Under the pieces are notes generated by a model that saw only the letters and a list, made by a program, of their open reading frames with translations, ran no database searches and was not told where the DNA came from. This document shows, piece after piece, positions 51,812 through 63,466 of a DNA stretch of 64,000 bases. Both the position numbers and the translations under genes were made by a program. The stretch spans positions 1,240,001 through 1,304,000 of the forward strand of contig JAQOWU010000008.1 of the NCBI GenBank assembly GCA_030867685.1, given 5' to 3'. This DNA is from Wickerhamiella versatilis. Its lineage: Eukaryota. How positions within the stretch are numbered: the first letter of the stretch is position 1; each line of letters opens with the position of its first letter.

Positions 51812-52411
51812 ATGTTCAAGCAGACTTCATTGAATGTTTCGAGAAGAGGATTGTTCACCAGCAGGTTGCTCCTCAAAAATCCTTATTATTACTATGACCT
51901 AGGAATGCTACAGCCGAAGCCTGAATATGGGCTGGAAAACTTTGGTAGCCACTTCATGTTTGATCCCACCGCTACCGCACCAAAGGAAGACATGTCTTCG
52001 CGAGTCCAAAAAGTATTTGGTAGTCTAGGCTCACGAGAAGATAGTCGCAAAAGAGCCTTGATGAAAGGCGTTGAAGTCTGCGGTATAAAGGTCCCGGCAC
52101 GACCCGAAGAGCCTACTAACTGCTGTATGAGCGGCTGCGTTAATTGCGTTTGGGAGCTCTATAAAGATGAAATAGAGGATTGGAAGAGCCAGGTCAAGCT
52201 TGCACGCAAGGCATTAATTAATAAAGGTGACACTGGCCAGCATTGGCCGGTGCAGCTTGGACCCCCACCGGATAATTGGTCTAAGAATGAAAACATTTTG
52301 CAGGAAGATTTTGACGATGGTCTGGATGAAGGAATTCGCGCTTTTATTGCGACAGAAAAAAAGCTTCATCAGAAACGGAGGACTGCAACTTCTCAAGGTG
52401 CTAATACTTAA
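51812..52411 (+). CDS. Mitochondrial oxidoreductase-like-domain protein (YPL107W/OXLD1-like)
   Basis: Presequence, VPARPEEPTNCCMSGCVNCVWELY, GI.AF...EK.L. Confidence 0.88.
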   Translation: MFKQTSLNVSRRGLFTSRLLLKNPYYYYDLGMLQPKPEYGLENFGSHFMFDPTATAPKEDMSSRVQKVFGSLGSREDSRKRALMKGVEVCGIKVPARPEEPTNCCMSGCVNCVWELYKDEIEDWKSQVKLARKALINKGDTGQHWPVQLGPPPDNWSKNENILQEDFDDGLDEGIRAFIATEKKLHQKRRTATSQGANT

Positions 52412-52425
52412 AAGACATATAGATA

Positions 52426-52704
52426 CTAGTTTACTGAAACGCCTTCAGCTTGGAGTTCTTGTCGAGCTTGTTTGACCTGCTGCATTAACTCCTGATATTT
52501 CTCAGGCTTGTCGTTGAATGTTAGGACATCGTAGCCAAGTGTTCCCAGCGCGTATGCGCCAAACGTAACTAGCGACCACCATGGGAGTACGGGAACAATG
52601 TCATGTTGGACAAAATCACTAGTTGGGACAACTCCAGTGCATAAGAGTAGCCAGACAATTCCCGATATACCCAGCCAAGCCGCTGTCTTAGTTGCCTTCG
52701 TCAT
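52426..52704 (-). CDS. DPM3: Dolichol-phosphate mannose synthase subunit 3
   Basis: MTKA, LPWW.LV.FG.Y.L..LG....TFND.P..Y.EL......AR..L. Confidence 0.9.
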   Translation of the reverse strand: MTKATKTAAWLGISGIVWLLLCTGVVPTSDFVQHDIVPVLPWWSLVTFGAYALGTLGYDVLTFNDKPEKYQELMQQVKQARQELQAEGVSVN

Positions 52705-52733
52705 AGGTATTATATTGGTCAGCAAATGGTGTT

Positions 52734-53927
52734 ATGGATTTGAAATGGGATATTCTCCTCGAGAAGGTTCGGTCAGGAACTGATCCCTTGGAATTCCAAA
52801 ATATTTTACCCCAACTCCTCAAAGCTGATGTGTTGGATGACGAGATAAAACTTAGGTTGCTAGGCAATTTGCTTGCCAACAACGAACAGAACCGGCGTAA
52901 ATTTTGTGAGAGTGGGTTGGTAGATAATATTCTTACTTGTCCCTCGGAATTGATGCTTCAAGTAATTTTGAACGCAGTAATCGATAGCCCTGAAACTGCC
53001 CAATATGTTCTGAGTCGCCCAGGATTACCGGTAGCTCTTAGGCATGGCAGTAAGATGTCAGTAGTCTTGATGGAGGCTTTATATGAAGAACTGGAAGAAA
53101 TTCCTCTGGATATAGGCCGTGATATCATTAGTGAAGGGCTAATTCAACTTATTCTTATCGACGAGACATTCGAAACAGCGGTTTTGGATAAGTTCGAGCA
53201 AATATTTCGTCGCGCACAGAGTTTAGATAATGAGACAGGTGTGAAAATAGTTGGAAACATAACATTCCATCCTAAATTCAATCTTTCCCATGCATTGGGT
53301 GTTGTAGGCTGTCCATTTACCTGTGAGACTGGTGTTATGCTTGCCAACCTCACAGTGAAGAAAGTTGACATTAGCCCAGTGCTTCATTACTGGCCTGATG
53401 CGCCATCTCAAGCCTTGAAACTTCTAAATGATGTTTCATATGATCCACCCTTAGACCGTGAGGCCCTACCTCTTCTTGAAATGGTCCCTTTTTTGCGTAA
53501 TATTTCTCGGGACGCTTCTGTGGTAGCTAAGTGGGATCCAAGGAGTGTAGCAAAGATTGTTAAGGGGATAACTCGTTCACCACTGCATGCAGAGTTAGGC
53601 TGGGACCTTGCCGCCAACTTCCTAGCTCATTTCTTTGACCCGCAACTACTAGAGTATGGACTTTCCACGCAACCTGGACCTGGAATGATATTGCTAGCGT
53701 CAAACGCAATAGATTCAGGTGCCCCTCCTGAATTTTATGATCTGCTGACGGCAAAAATTAAGGAGAGTCTTGTAGCGTCACCTGATCAGGTTTCTCCGTG
53801 GGTCAAGGGCACTCGGTCGTTGGCTATTTTATCCAGAAAAGGAGCTACAGTGAATATTGATGATATTAAAAAAGGTGCACCAACTAATGAACACGTTCAA
53901 GCGAACTTGAAAGCAATTGGTGACTAG
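52734..53927 (+). CDS. Helical-repeat protein, possibly Bem4/SmgGDS-like
   Basis: LRLLGNLLANNEQNR, LANL, LRNI ARM-like motifs; weak. Confidence 0.45.
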   Translation: MDLKWDILLEKVRSGTDPLEFQNILPQLLKADVLDDEIKLRLLGNLLANNEQNRRKFCESGLVDNILTCPSELMLQVILNAVIDSPETAQYVLSRPGLPVALRHGSKMSVVLMEALYEELEEIPLDIGRDIISEGLIQLILIDETFETAVLDKFEQIFRRAQSLDNETGVKIVGNITFHPKFNLSHALGVVGCPFTCETGVMLANLTVKKVDISPVLHYWPDAPSQALKLLNDVSYDPPLDREALPLLEMVPFLRNISRDASVVAKWDPRSVAKIVKGITRSPLHAELGWDLAANFLAHFFDPQLLEYGLSTQPGPGMILLASNAIDSGAPPEFYDLLTAKIKESLVASPDQVSPWVKGTRSLAILSRKGATVNIDDIKKGAPTNEHVQANLKAIGD

Positions 53928-54117
53928 ATTACGGACCATACGTACATAGTTTAGCCATTATAAGAAGTGAAAGAAAAAAGAGAAAAGTGATTACTTATTT
54001 GGCCGACTTATTGCTGATATACGCGTCACAAATGTAAAAGTAAACCGATATACAACTTTATCAAAATATCTTTAAGACTTTTAGTCAGGTCTGGGTGAAT
54101 ACTAGAAGTGTCAGTTT

Positions 54118-54591
54118 ATGGATTTCGCTGCACGAGGATTGTACGTATTCCCAACAGAGATACAGGGTCCCAAAGCAGATCTTTTTAGATATGGCCAGTG
54201 GAAAGATAGAGGAGATATAGAGCTTACGGAGTCCGAGGCAGCGAAGCTTCGCCTGCTCACCCTTATCTCGCTAAGTATTGAAGAGGGACTCTACGTCAAT
54301 TACAACACTATTTCAAACGCACTAGAAATTCCGGAAGATGATGTGGAAATGTTTCTCCTATACTCCTCAGATTTTGGGGCTATCGATGTTAGGCTTGATG
54401 CTTTGAATTCACGAGCTGTGATTCTTGATTATGCTGAGAGAAATATATCAGAAAAGCAGTTGTCAGATACAATAAGCTCCCTTAAAGAAATTGAATCTGA
54501 TATAGTGGCCCGCACACGGGCTGACGGTGAGACAATTTCCACGGCCCAACCCGTGGGACGAAAGAGGCATTATGATGAGAGTAACGACTAA
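54118..54591 (+). CDS. PCI-domain COP9 signalosome subunit (Csn7/Csn9-like)
   Basis: LF.YG.W.D, L......KLRLLTLISL, Y..I..AL, VE.FL......I..RLD, R.I. Confidence 0.7.
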   Translation: MDFAARGLYVFPTEIQGPKADLFRYGQWKDRGDIELTESEAAKLRLLTLISLSIEEGLYVNYNTISNALEIPEDDVEMFLLYSSDFGAIDVRLDALNSRAVILDYAERNISEKQLSDTISSLKEIESDIVARTRADGETISTAQPVGRKRHYDESND

Positions 54592-54612
54592 ATAGCATTA
54601 GGAAATACACGA

Positions 54613-55419
54613 CTATATAATAGTTTCTATCTCTGCAGCATACCCCAACATGTTACCGATGAGGGCTTCGTTGACTTTTTCCTCGGTGGCCTCGTCCTCT
54701 TCAACTGCTGGAGCAACTACTGCGATGTCGGTACCAGGGAACCATACACGACCTCCGTGTATCGTCCAACCTCTTTCCGCAGCAAACTTGTCTATCTCGG
54801 AATCGGTTGAGAGAAATAAAAGGTGTCGTGCATTTGCAATTGGTAAACTGGTATATGCTACTTCACTGCATGTAGCAATCTCAGCACGAATTCTTGACTG
54901 GAGGCCTTGGGTTAGAATAGCAAATTCTGGAGCTGGGAATTGAGATGGTTCTGTGACCGCCTGCCAAGCCTTGTCATAGGCGCCTTCCATGAGCCATCGT
55001 TCTAACCTGATGGGATACCGAAGGTAGTTGTCGCTTTCGGCGTCGTCAAGTGTTTCAAGCTCTGTATGAAATTCAGCAACATTGTTCTCGGTCAACGACA
55101 ACAACAGATGCAAAGCTACCAATTTCGTTTCATTATTGCTGTGTGGAAGGCCCAGCTCTGGTGAATAGAATGGACGAACCTGGGAAATGAGTCGAGAGAT
55201 ATCTTCGCTCGAACTGCCTCCATGTATTTTCACAAGCACGCCCATTTCGAGAAGCTGGCGAGCTGCCATAAGGTCTTCCTTTTGAAATTCTTTTGTAGGA
55301 GCAAGGAGGCCAGCCTCTGCATACTTAAGTTTGATAGCGGGAAGTAACTCAGCTGCACCGCTATAGTCGAGCTTCCTAAATGACTCCACAAATTTCCTTG
55401 ATAGTTCCGGTAACGACAT
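54613..55419 (-). CDS. RPN12: 26S proteasome lid subunit
   Basis: AR..LEMG, LL..L..N..AEFHTELE, YPIRLERWLMEGAYDK, IR.EIA.CSE.AY, YA.E.E.I. Confidence 0.95.
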   Translation of the reverse strand: MSLPELSRKFVESFRKLDYSGAAELLPAIKLKYAEAGLLAPTKEFQKEDLMAARQLLEMGVLVKIHGGSSSEDISRLISQVRPFYSPELGLPHSNNETKLVALHLLLSLTENNVAEFHTELETLDDAESDNYLRYPIRLERWLMEGAYDKAWQAVTEPSQFPAPEFAILTQGLQSRIRAEIATCSEVAYTSLPIANARHLLFLSTDSEIDKFAAERGWTIHGGRVWFPGTDIAVVAPAVEEDEATEEKVNEALIGNMLGYAAEIETII

Positions 55420-56105
55420 GTGGCGACCCTTGCTGAGTAAACCTATCTTACTCTAGTGTGCTATGATGGAATGCCGTATAATAGTTGGACGGTACAACTG
55501 TATGAATTATATGCTACGTATTTGAGAATAAAAGGGATATGGATGTACGTGACTACTCATGCACGCACGCAATTACTTTCTTACTCACTTACCGGATTAT
55601 TATGAGAATAAGCATATACACAGCGTTGAGCAAGCCCTAAGATCAATGAATAACCGTCCGAAGATTATGGATACGCAGAAGTTTATTCAAATTAAGAATA
55701 CCCCAGCACATTTGTATGATGACAAAATCGGCATTGTATCAGCTGATCATGGAAACTCTCCCATCCGATCTACGGTTGCTTCGACGGTAGCGTTGAGGAT
55801 GATTAATCTCGATTCTGCATCGATTCAAGGGTATATTGTATATATGGGTTAAATGGGGTTATTTTTTTTCTGAAGTAGAAATAGATATAATTTGGACGTA
55901 TTAAGTTGGAAAAAGTGGTTATGTTGTGTCCGGACTCATCACTGATCTCCTGCTCTGTGGAGCAATAACTGAAAGGAAGCTAACTTCCTTGCCCACGTAA
56001 TCAAACCGTTTGGAGTCGATTCCGCTGGTTGTTCAAACCCATTATATTTTGATATTTGAACTTCTTCCAGACGATTTTTAACAGTTAATACTATTGGTCC
56101 AGTAG

Positions 56106-57647
<1,542 letters not shown>

Positions 57648-57661
57648 AGTTGTTTTATTTT

Positions 57662-58336
57662 TTACTGCCATTTAGTGTACGAGAGTCGTCGTTCGAAATT
57701 TAGAAGTCTAGACAGTAGCTTGGAATGACGGCGTTTTGTTGTTTGTCTGGATTTTCTTTTATCATCATTGTAGTGGTCATTGTCATACTCATCTTCATCA
57801 AATAGCTGGATCTGGCGTTGTTTCGCCGGCTGGGATTTTCTATTAGCTTCAGTTACATTATTTGAAGTTGCATTTCCCTGTAAAACTTTCAAGGGATATA
57901 TAGGTCTTGTACCTTCCCGATGACACTGTGCTATTTTCTCAAGTACGTATACGGCTTCGTTCGTTAGGCGGCCCACGATCGTTCCAGTAGTGCTGACATT
58001 TGCTGTTCGAGTAAAAACTAGTTGTCCTTGTGGGCTCACCAGTATAGTTCCACGTTTACTCGTTCGAATTCTCGGATGCCTTTCGTCTTGATACTTCAAT
58101 TTAGACGAAAGGCAGACTACGTCGTCAGTGACCTTGTCGAAAGAGCAACCGGCCAGCTCACCCGATGCAGAAGCCCTGATCAGCATAGAGGAAGTATCTG
58201 GAATCTCATTCTTCCAAAGCTGTAACCGGAGCAAGCCTTTCTGTGTCTCTAGATCTAGCTCTGAGCTGAAGTGCGGCTCACTCATCCATATGGTAAACCT
58301 TTGCAACGCATGGTCAGATACTTTTGTGATGTCCAA
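57662..58336 (-). CDS. Uncharacterised protein (224 aa)
   Basis: ATG-started ORF filling the space between SKY1 and the next gene; family not recognised. Confidence 0.6.
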   Translation of the reverse strand: MDITKVSDHALQRFTIWMSEPHFSSELDLETQKGLLRLQLWKNEIPDTSSMLIRASASGELAGCSFDKVTDDVVCLSSKLKYQDERHPRIRTSKRGTILVSPQGQLVFTRTANVSTTGTIVGRLTNEAVYVLEKIAQCHREGTRPIYPLKVLQGNATSNNVTEANRKSQPAKQRQIQLFDEDEYDNDHYNDDKRKSRQTTKRRHSKLLSRLLNFERRLSYTKWQ

Positions 58337-58379
58337 TTATTCGTTAATTCGTTAGCTATAGTGGAAATATTTATTGATT

Positions 58380-59042
58380 TTAAGGTATTTCATGAGTTTC
58401 TTGAATCCGAGGTACAGTGGGTTCTGACGGTTCCGATATTATAGGAATTTCGTCATATTGAGGTGAGTTTTCTTTCGTCTCGCCAACAAGACCTCGTTCA
58501 AATTCTTCAGGAGTAGGCTTGGGAAGTGGTTCTTCCACATTTGCACCTTCAGCTTTTGCAATTGCTGAGGAATCGAGCATTTCTGCAATATCGTCCAGCT
58601 TAGCCGCTGAACGTTTCACAGATTCGTCCAAAAGATCGAAATGCCTATTGTTGAACAACTTAGTACGCAGCAAGTCAGGGTCCTTGATCTTCCAGAGGTC
58701 GCGGTAGGAATCCATACCAGCATTACTTTCTTCATGTGTTAGTTCTTGCGCCAACTCGATTTGAATTTGTTTCAGTTCAGCCAATGCTTCGGCATGTGCA
58801 GATGCGAGAAAGCCACGACGGCGTTGAACTGAACGCGCAATTTCGACATCGTCGTTTAGCAATTCCATTTGGGCCCACAATCTATCATGTGAGTTCACCG
58901 AGGGTCGCGCTTGTGAAACGCGGTCGAGGATATTAGAATCCGAGTCATTACTTTGCAAGCTCAGGGCTCGATGAAGCCGCGAGCCTGAATTTGAGGAATT
59001 ATTTTCCTTTTCTACTTCAGCTAAAAAGTCACGTTCATTCAT
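58380..59042 (-). CDS. Conserved fungal protein (DUF5315/YOL036W-like)
   Basis: DRLWAQMELL.D...A......F...H..AL.EL...QI.LA. Confidence 0.6.
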   Translation of the reverse strand: MNERDFLAEVEKENNSSNSGSRLHRALSLQSNDSDSNILDRVSQARPSVNSHDRLWAQMELLNDDVEIARSVQRRRGFLASAHAEALAELKQIQIELAQELTHEESNAGMDSYRDLWKIKDPDLLRTKLFNNRHFDLLDESVKRSAAKLDDIAEMLDSSAIAKAEGANVEEPLPKPTPEEFERGLVGETKENSPQYDEIPIISEPSEPTVPRIQETHEIP

Positions 59043-59098
59043 AAGTTAGCACTGCACTGATTACTCATACTTTTCTAACTTACGCACATTTTCTTACC

Positions 59099-61198
59099 AT
59101 GTGCGCAGACAAAGGTTTCATTGCTGGCAAAGCGCCTCTTATAGCATATACCGTACTTATTGCAGGGTCATTAAGCTCAAGTAGCGTTACTTTTGAGCCT
59201 GTCGACTCACCCTCAGTAGAGGGCGAATCTGCTGTTCTGGGTTCTGTGAAAGGAGCCCGTGCAGTAACGGAGAAGCTTTGCACTCCTGATAAAGAGTGGT
59301 CGGACCTTGCATTTGGTATTCTTTCTGGAAAAAATTTCAAGGAACTGCAGCCTAAGCTAAATGACTTGGATCTATTTTTGAATTTCCGCAGTTTTCTCAG
59401 TGGGTATAAGCCAGGCCCCAACGATGTGGTTGTTTGGGGTGTCCTGAGGGCAAATGGTGTGGTTGCAGCATCTGTGAAGAATGGAACGTATGTAAATATT
59501 GCCCGATGGTACAAGTACTTGGACGAGAATGCGTCATTTGGCGGTGTCGTGAACAAGTTTAATACCGATCTTGCAGAACTAAGAAAGCAGGCTAATGTTG
59601 GCAAGAAGAAGGAATCAAAGGCATCATTTGAAATTGGTCTGCCCGATGCAGCCGATGGGAAGGTGGTCACTCGTTTCCCTCCTGAGCCGAGTGGATATCT
59701 CCACATTGGTCATGCGAAAGCAGCAATTCTTAACCAGTACTTCGCCCAGTTGTATCATGGTAAGCTCCTGATTCGGTTTGATGATACCAACCCCTCGAAA
59801 GAGAAAGTGGAGTATACTGACTCGATTTTGGAAGACTTGGAACTGCTCGGAATTAAGGGCGACTCCCTTTCATTCTCAAGTGATTATTTCGATGAAATGT
59901 ACGAGCTTGCTGTAAAATTGATCAAAGAAGGCAAAGCATATGCTGATGATACGCCAGTAGAGCTGATGCGTGAGCAGCGAGGTGCTGGCATAAAGTCAGA
60001 GCGCAGAGACCGCAGTATCGAAGAGAATTTGCGAGTATTCGAAGAGATGAAAAAAGGTAGCGAGGAAGGCCTTCGCAACTGTGTGAGAGCGAAGATCAGT
60101 GTTGATGCCAACAACAAGACACTACGTGATCCTGTCGTGTATCGTTGTAACCCGACACCACACGCGCGCACCGGCGACAAATGGAAGATGTATCCTACTT
60201 ACGACTTTTGCTGCCCAGTTGTTGACTCTATTGAGGGTGTGACACATGCTCTACGTACGATTGAATACCGGGATCGTAACGAGCAGTACGAGTGGATGCT
60301 TAAGGCCATGAACCTTCGCCATGTTCATGTTTGGGATTTCAGCCGTATAAACTTCGTACGAACTTTGCTATCGAAGCGTAAACTGCAATGGTTCGTTGAC
60401 AGTGGCAGAGTAAGTGGTTGGGATGACCCACGCTTCCCCACAGTGCGCGGTGTACGCAGACGTGGTATGTCGGTAGAGGGGCTTCGACAATTTATTATTT
60501 CGCAAGGACCATCTAAGAATATTTTGAATTTGGACTGGTCACTTATCTGGGCCGTGAACAAGCGGGTCATTGATCCTGTCGCACCTAGATATGTCGCTGT
60601 CCAGGACCCGACTCCTTTTGTGTTGGCGGATGATGTGCCTCTTCGTAAGGAGGAGAAGCCGCTCCACAAAAAGAATGCGGATGTTGGACATAAGCCTGTA
60701 CTGTTCAGCAATAAGCTGATTATTGACCAAGCGGATGCGCTTACACTTCGCGACGGTGAAGAGGTAACTCTCATGGATTGGGGCAATGCTGTTGTGGATA
60801 AGATAGTCAAGGATTCTGACGGTAAGGTTGTGCAGTTGCAGGCACATCTGCATCTCGCTGGTGACTTTAGGTCCACCGAACACAAGCTCACGTGGCTCGC
60901 CGACACACCTGATCTAACACCAGTTGAACTAGTGAATTTCGAGCACTTGATCACCAAGGATAAGATTGAGGATGGAGAGAACTTTGAGGATTACCTTACG
61001 GCTGATACCATATTCAGAAGCAACGCGATCGCAGATCTTAACTTGCGACATTTGCCCAAGGATACTATTCTGCAGTTCGAGAGAAAGGGTTATTTCCGCA
61101 TTGATCGGGCTTTTGATGGCACTAAGGCTATTCTTTTCGTGATTCCTGACGGCAAGGTAGTTTCACGGTATGGTGCTAAGCCCTCCGAGAAAAAGTAG
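59099..61198 (+). CDS. GUS1: Cytosolic glutamyl-tRNA synthetase
   Basis: GST-like N-domain, VVTRFPPEPSGYLHIGH, DSIEGVTHALRT.EY, LSKR, QFERKG. Confidence 0.97.
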   Translation: MCADKGFIAGKAPLIAYTVLIAGSLSSSSVTFEPVDSPSVEGESAVLGSVKGARAVTEKLCTPDKEWSDLAFGILSGKNFKELQPKLNDLDLFLNFRSFLSGYKPGPNDVVVWGVLRANGVVAASVKNGTYVNIARWYKYLDENASFGGVVNKFNTDLAELRKQANVGKKKESKASFEIGLPDAADGKVVTRFPPEPSGYLHIGHAKAAILNQYFAQLYHGKLLIRFDDTNPSKEKVEYTDSILEDLELLGIKGDSLSFSSDYFDEMYELAVKLIKEGKAYADDTPVELMREQRGAGIKSERRDRSIEENLRVFEEMKKGSEEGLRNCVRAKISVDANNKTLRDPVVYRCNPTPHARTGDKWKMYPTYDFCCPVVDSIEGVTHALRTIEYRDRNEQYEWMLKAMNLRHVHVWDFSRINFVRTLLSKRKLQWFVDSGRVSGWDDPRFPTVRGVRRRGMSVEGLRQFIISQGPSKNILNLDWSLIWAVNKRVIDPVAPRYVAVQDPTPFVLADDVPLRKEEKPLHKKNADVGHKPVLFSNKLIIDQADALTLRDGEEVTLMDWGNAVVDKIVKDSDGKVVQLQAHLHLAGDFRSTEHKLTWLADTPDLTPVELVNFEHLITKDKIEDGENFEDYLTADTIFRSNAIADLNLRHLPKDTILQFERKGYFRIDRAFDGTKAILFVIPDGKVVSRYGAKPSEKK

Positions 61199-61284
61199 AA
61201 TATAATTTAACTAAGAATGTTCATATCAGAGTCTAGCTACTTTTAAGTGGGATCAATTTGTCGTTTTACTTTCTTGCTTACGCG

Positions 61285-61881
61285 ATGGGGAGGAGGGACC
61301 CTATAGCGGCTAGCCGCCGCCATATAAGAGGGCACATGTACGTTGCCCTAGCAGTTTTGAGACTGCTTTCTTGTACTCCTAGTGCATACCCAGTGTTCTA
61401 TTATTTTTCTGCAACGTATCGTTGCTATAATGATACTCGGGGTAATCCCGAGTCTTACCGGTGCTCGTCAGATTTACTTTTGCCTGGGGTCTGGTGCCTT
61501 GTGAGCAGTTACATGACGTATTTAGCTCTGGATGGAATGATGGTTAGATGGATTGTCATGTATTCCCCTGTTGCGGCTATAATCCGCACCCTAGCCTGCA
61601 TTATAGTAAACTTCGTTTGGATTCACTTTGTCACCAGGTTTAGCGGTGCTTCAACCATCGATCTTCAAATATGGATTCTTATTTCTTGCATGTCCACGGC
61701 TGTCTATATATTACAAACTTTTATAACCTCAAATATAGCGACAAGAGCCGTGGATCGAACTCTGAACTTATTTCATATCGCCGTATATGCTGTTGTCCCT
61801 ATTGGACTTGCGAGCTTCATAACCATGATTGCTTTAATTCGTACGCTAATGCTAGTTCAGTTAATGTATGTCAACTTGTAA
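61285..61881 (+). CDS. EOS1: Eos1-like ER membrane protein
   Basis: WCLVS.Y......DG.M.RWI..YS..A.I.R, WILISC, Q.F.TSN, YAVVPIG.ASF.TM. Confidence 0.85.
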   Translation: MGRRDPIAASRRHIRGHMYVALAVLRLLSCTPSAYPVFYYFSATYRCYNDTRGNPESYRCSSDLLLPGVWCLVSSYMTYLALDGMMVRWIVMYSPVAAIIRTLACIIVNFVWIHFVTRFSGASTIDLQIWILISCMSTAVYILQTFITSNIATRAVDRTLNLFHIAVYAVVPIGLASFITMIALIRTLMLVQLMYVNL

Positions 61882-63466
61882 AATAATTAACGATCGTTTC
61901 GCTTACCTCTTTGTGACTTTTCCCTGACAGAAGTAAATATCGTTCACCAATCTCTGTGAGAGAAACAAATATTGAAAAAACAATAAGAATTATCATAACA
62001 ATGGTGATCCGGTCCATATTAAATTCTGCGACTGTATCAGCAAGCACAGAGGTAAATTCCAGGAAAACAGAGCACCTTTCGTTAAGAACTAATATCCGTT
62101 GATCAATTTCGAGATATTCCCTTATGGCTGCGTATAGTGGATAAAGGGAGGGCTCGCTAGTCCAGAAAAATTCAGGAGTATCCAGCACGTTCGAGCTTAG
62201 GTTGACATCCACCCGAAGCTTGAACAATTTTCCACTGAATTGCAGCACTTGTTCTCGATTCAGTCCTAGACGACCTGTCAACGCCAGTATCTTTGGCAGA
62301 TTCTTGACATCATGCATGTTGGTCTGCATACGATCTTCGAAGCCACAGAGTTTGGTTGACTGTGCAGCGGCATGAGACATGGCTAACTTGATCATATGGT
62401 TATTATTTGTGAGCGTTATGATGTCATTAAACACATGAGGTTTCTCGTCATTTGTTGCGGCATAATGGAAGAGCAAGTTTTCAGTCTCGATATCTTGGTC
62501 ACCACGAGGACGAATTGCAAGATTTTTACGACCTCCTATTGTCAAATCAGCCAATATCGACTTTTCTTGCTCTTCACTGAAATTCCAGAATACTATCACA
62601 CCGTAGCTGAAGACAAATATTTCTGCATGCGACATATATTGCTGCAATTTTCGATCTCTTTTTGCGGCGCTTTTCTTGGCGTCCACATCATCTTCGCTCT
62701 CTGAAGAAGTAGCTGCCATCGATTCCAAGGTCACAGAAGGCCGTGGACTGAAGTCTTGGGGCTCAGAAGGGTCAAATTCGTCGTCATTCATGCCACTTTG
62801 GTGCTCATTAGATGACCCATCTAAACTGCTGAAATATTCATAATGGTGATCGCCTTGCTCGCTGATGTCTATCATCCGTTCCATACGTCGATTATCACCC
62901 AACGAGCTCTGCGCACGGTATTGATACCCATCCCCCGGCTGCAATGGCAGGAGATAGTCTGCAAATAGTACCTCATCGTAAAGTCGTACACGTGCTTTAT
63001 GCCATTTCTTTAAATAATCTGCCACCTTTTCAAGGTGGTAGCCCTCAGCAATAAAATAAGATGTCACCCGCGGATATCTATCGATATCATTTTGGTCCAC
63101 ATTAGCTACAGAATGGTGTCCATACTCAAGGTCCGTATTAACCAGGGCCTTTCCACCAGTTTCCTTTGTTCGAAGACGTTGCTGGTCCTCATCTGGAATA
63201 AGCACAAGTCTTTGACTGTTTTTTGACGCACGGCTAGGCAAACCCTGGTACAGTCGGGGAACCGGCCTCACTTGCGGATTCTGTGGACGTGTGACACGCT
63301 GCCTCGCAGAGGGAATATCACTTGTATTCGATAAAACCTTATCAACAGAGACATTATCTAGACGCCGAACAAATGGTGCTGAATGCCCCCGCTGGTTTCG
63401 CACATCAGTGACTAAAATTGACGGGCTACGTTTCGAATTGGACGCATATCGCGGAGGAAGCGACAT
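61871..63466 (-). CDS. RMD8: DUF155 (RMND1/Sif2) family protein
   Basis: KRSPSILVTD, LVLIP, PRVTSY, F.YGV.VFW, KLAMSHA.AQSTKL, LDTPEFFW, EYLEI..R..VLN.R; ATG 63466. Confidence 0.9.
   Translation of the reverse strand: MSLPPRYASNSKRSPSILVTDVRNQRGHSAPFVRRLDNVSVDKVLSNTSDIPSARQRVTRPQNPQVRPVPRLYQGLPSRASKNSQRLVLIPDEDQQRLRTKETGGKALVNTDLEYGHHSVANVDQNDIDRYPRVTSYFIAEGYHLEKVADYLKKWHKARVRLYDEVLFADYLLPLQPGDGYQYRAQSSLGDNRRMERMIDISEQGDHHYEYFSSLDGSSNEHQSGMNDDEFDPSEPQDFSPRPSVTLESMAATSSESEDDVDAKKSAAKRDRKLQQYMSHAEIFVFSYGVIVFWNFSEEQEKSILADLTIGGRKNLAIRPRGDQDIETENLLFHYAATNDEKPHVFNDIITLTNNNHMIKLAMSHAAAQSTKLCGFEDRMQTNMHDVKNLPKILALTGRLGLNREQVLQFSGKLFKLRVDVNLSSNVLDTPEFFWTSEPSLYPLYAAIREYLEIDQRILVLNERCSVFLEFTSVLADTVAEFNMDRITIVMIILIVFSIFVSLTEIGERYLLLSGKSHKEVSETIVNYFTS

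Noticed and set aside
59045..59125. Possible intron or frameshift at the GUS1 start (CTAAC...CAG)
   Set aside because: No upstream ATG exon available; ATG 59099 already gives an open, plausible N-terminus
59080..60957. 208- and 210-aa minus-strand ORFs in GUS1
   Set aside because: Antisense shadows with no domain features
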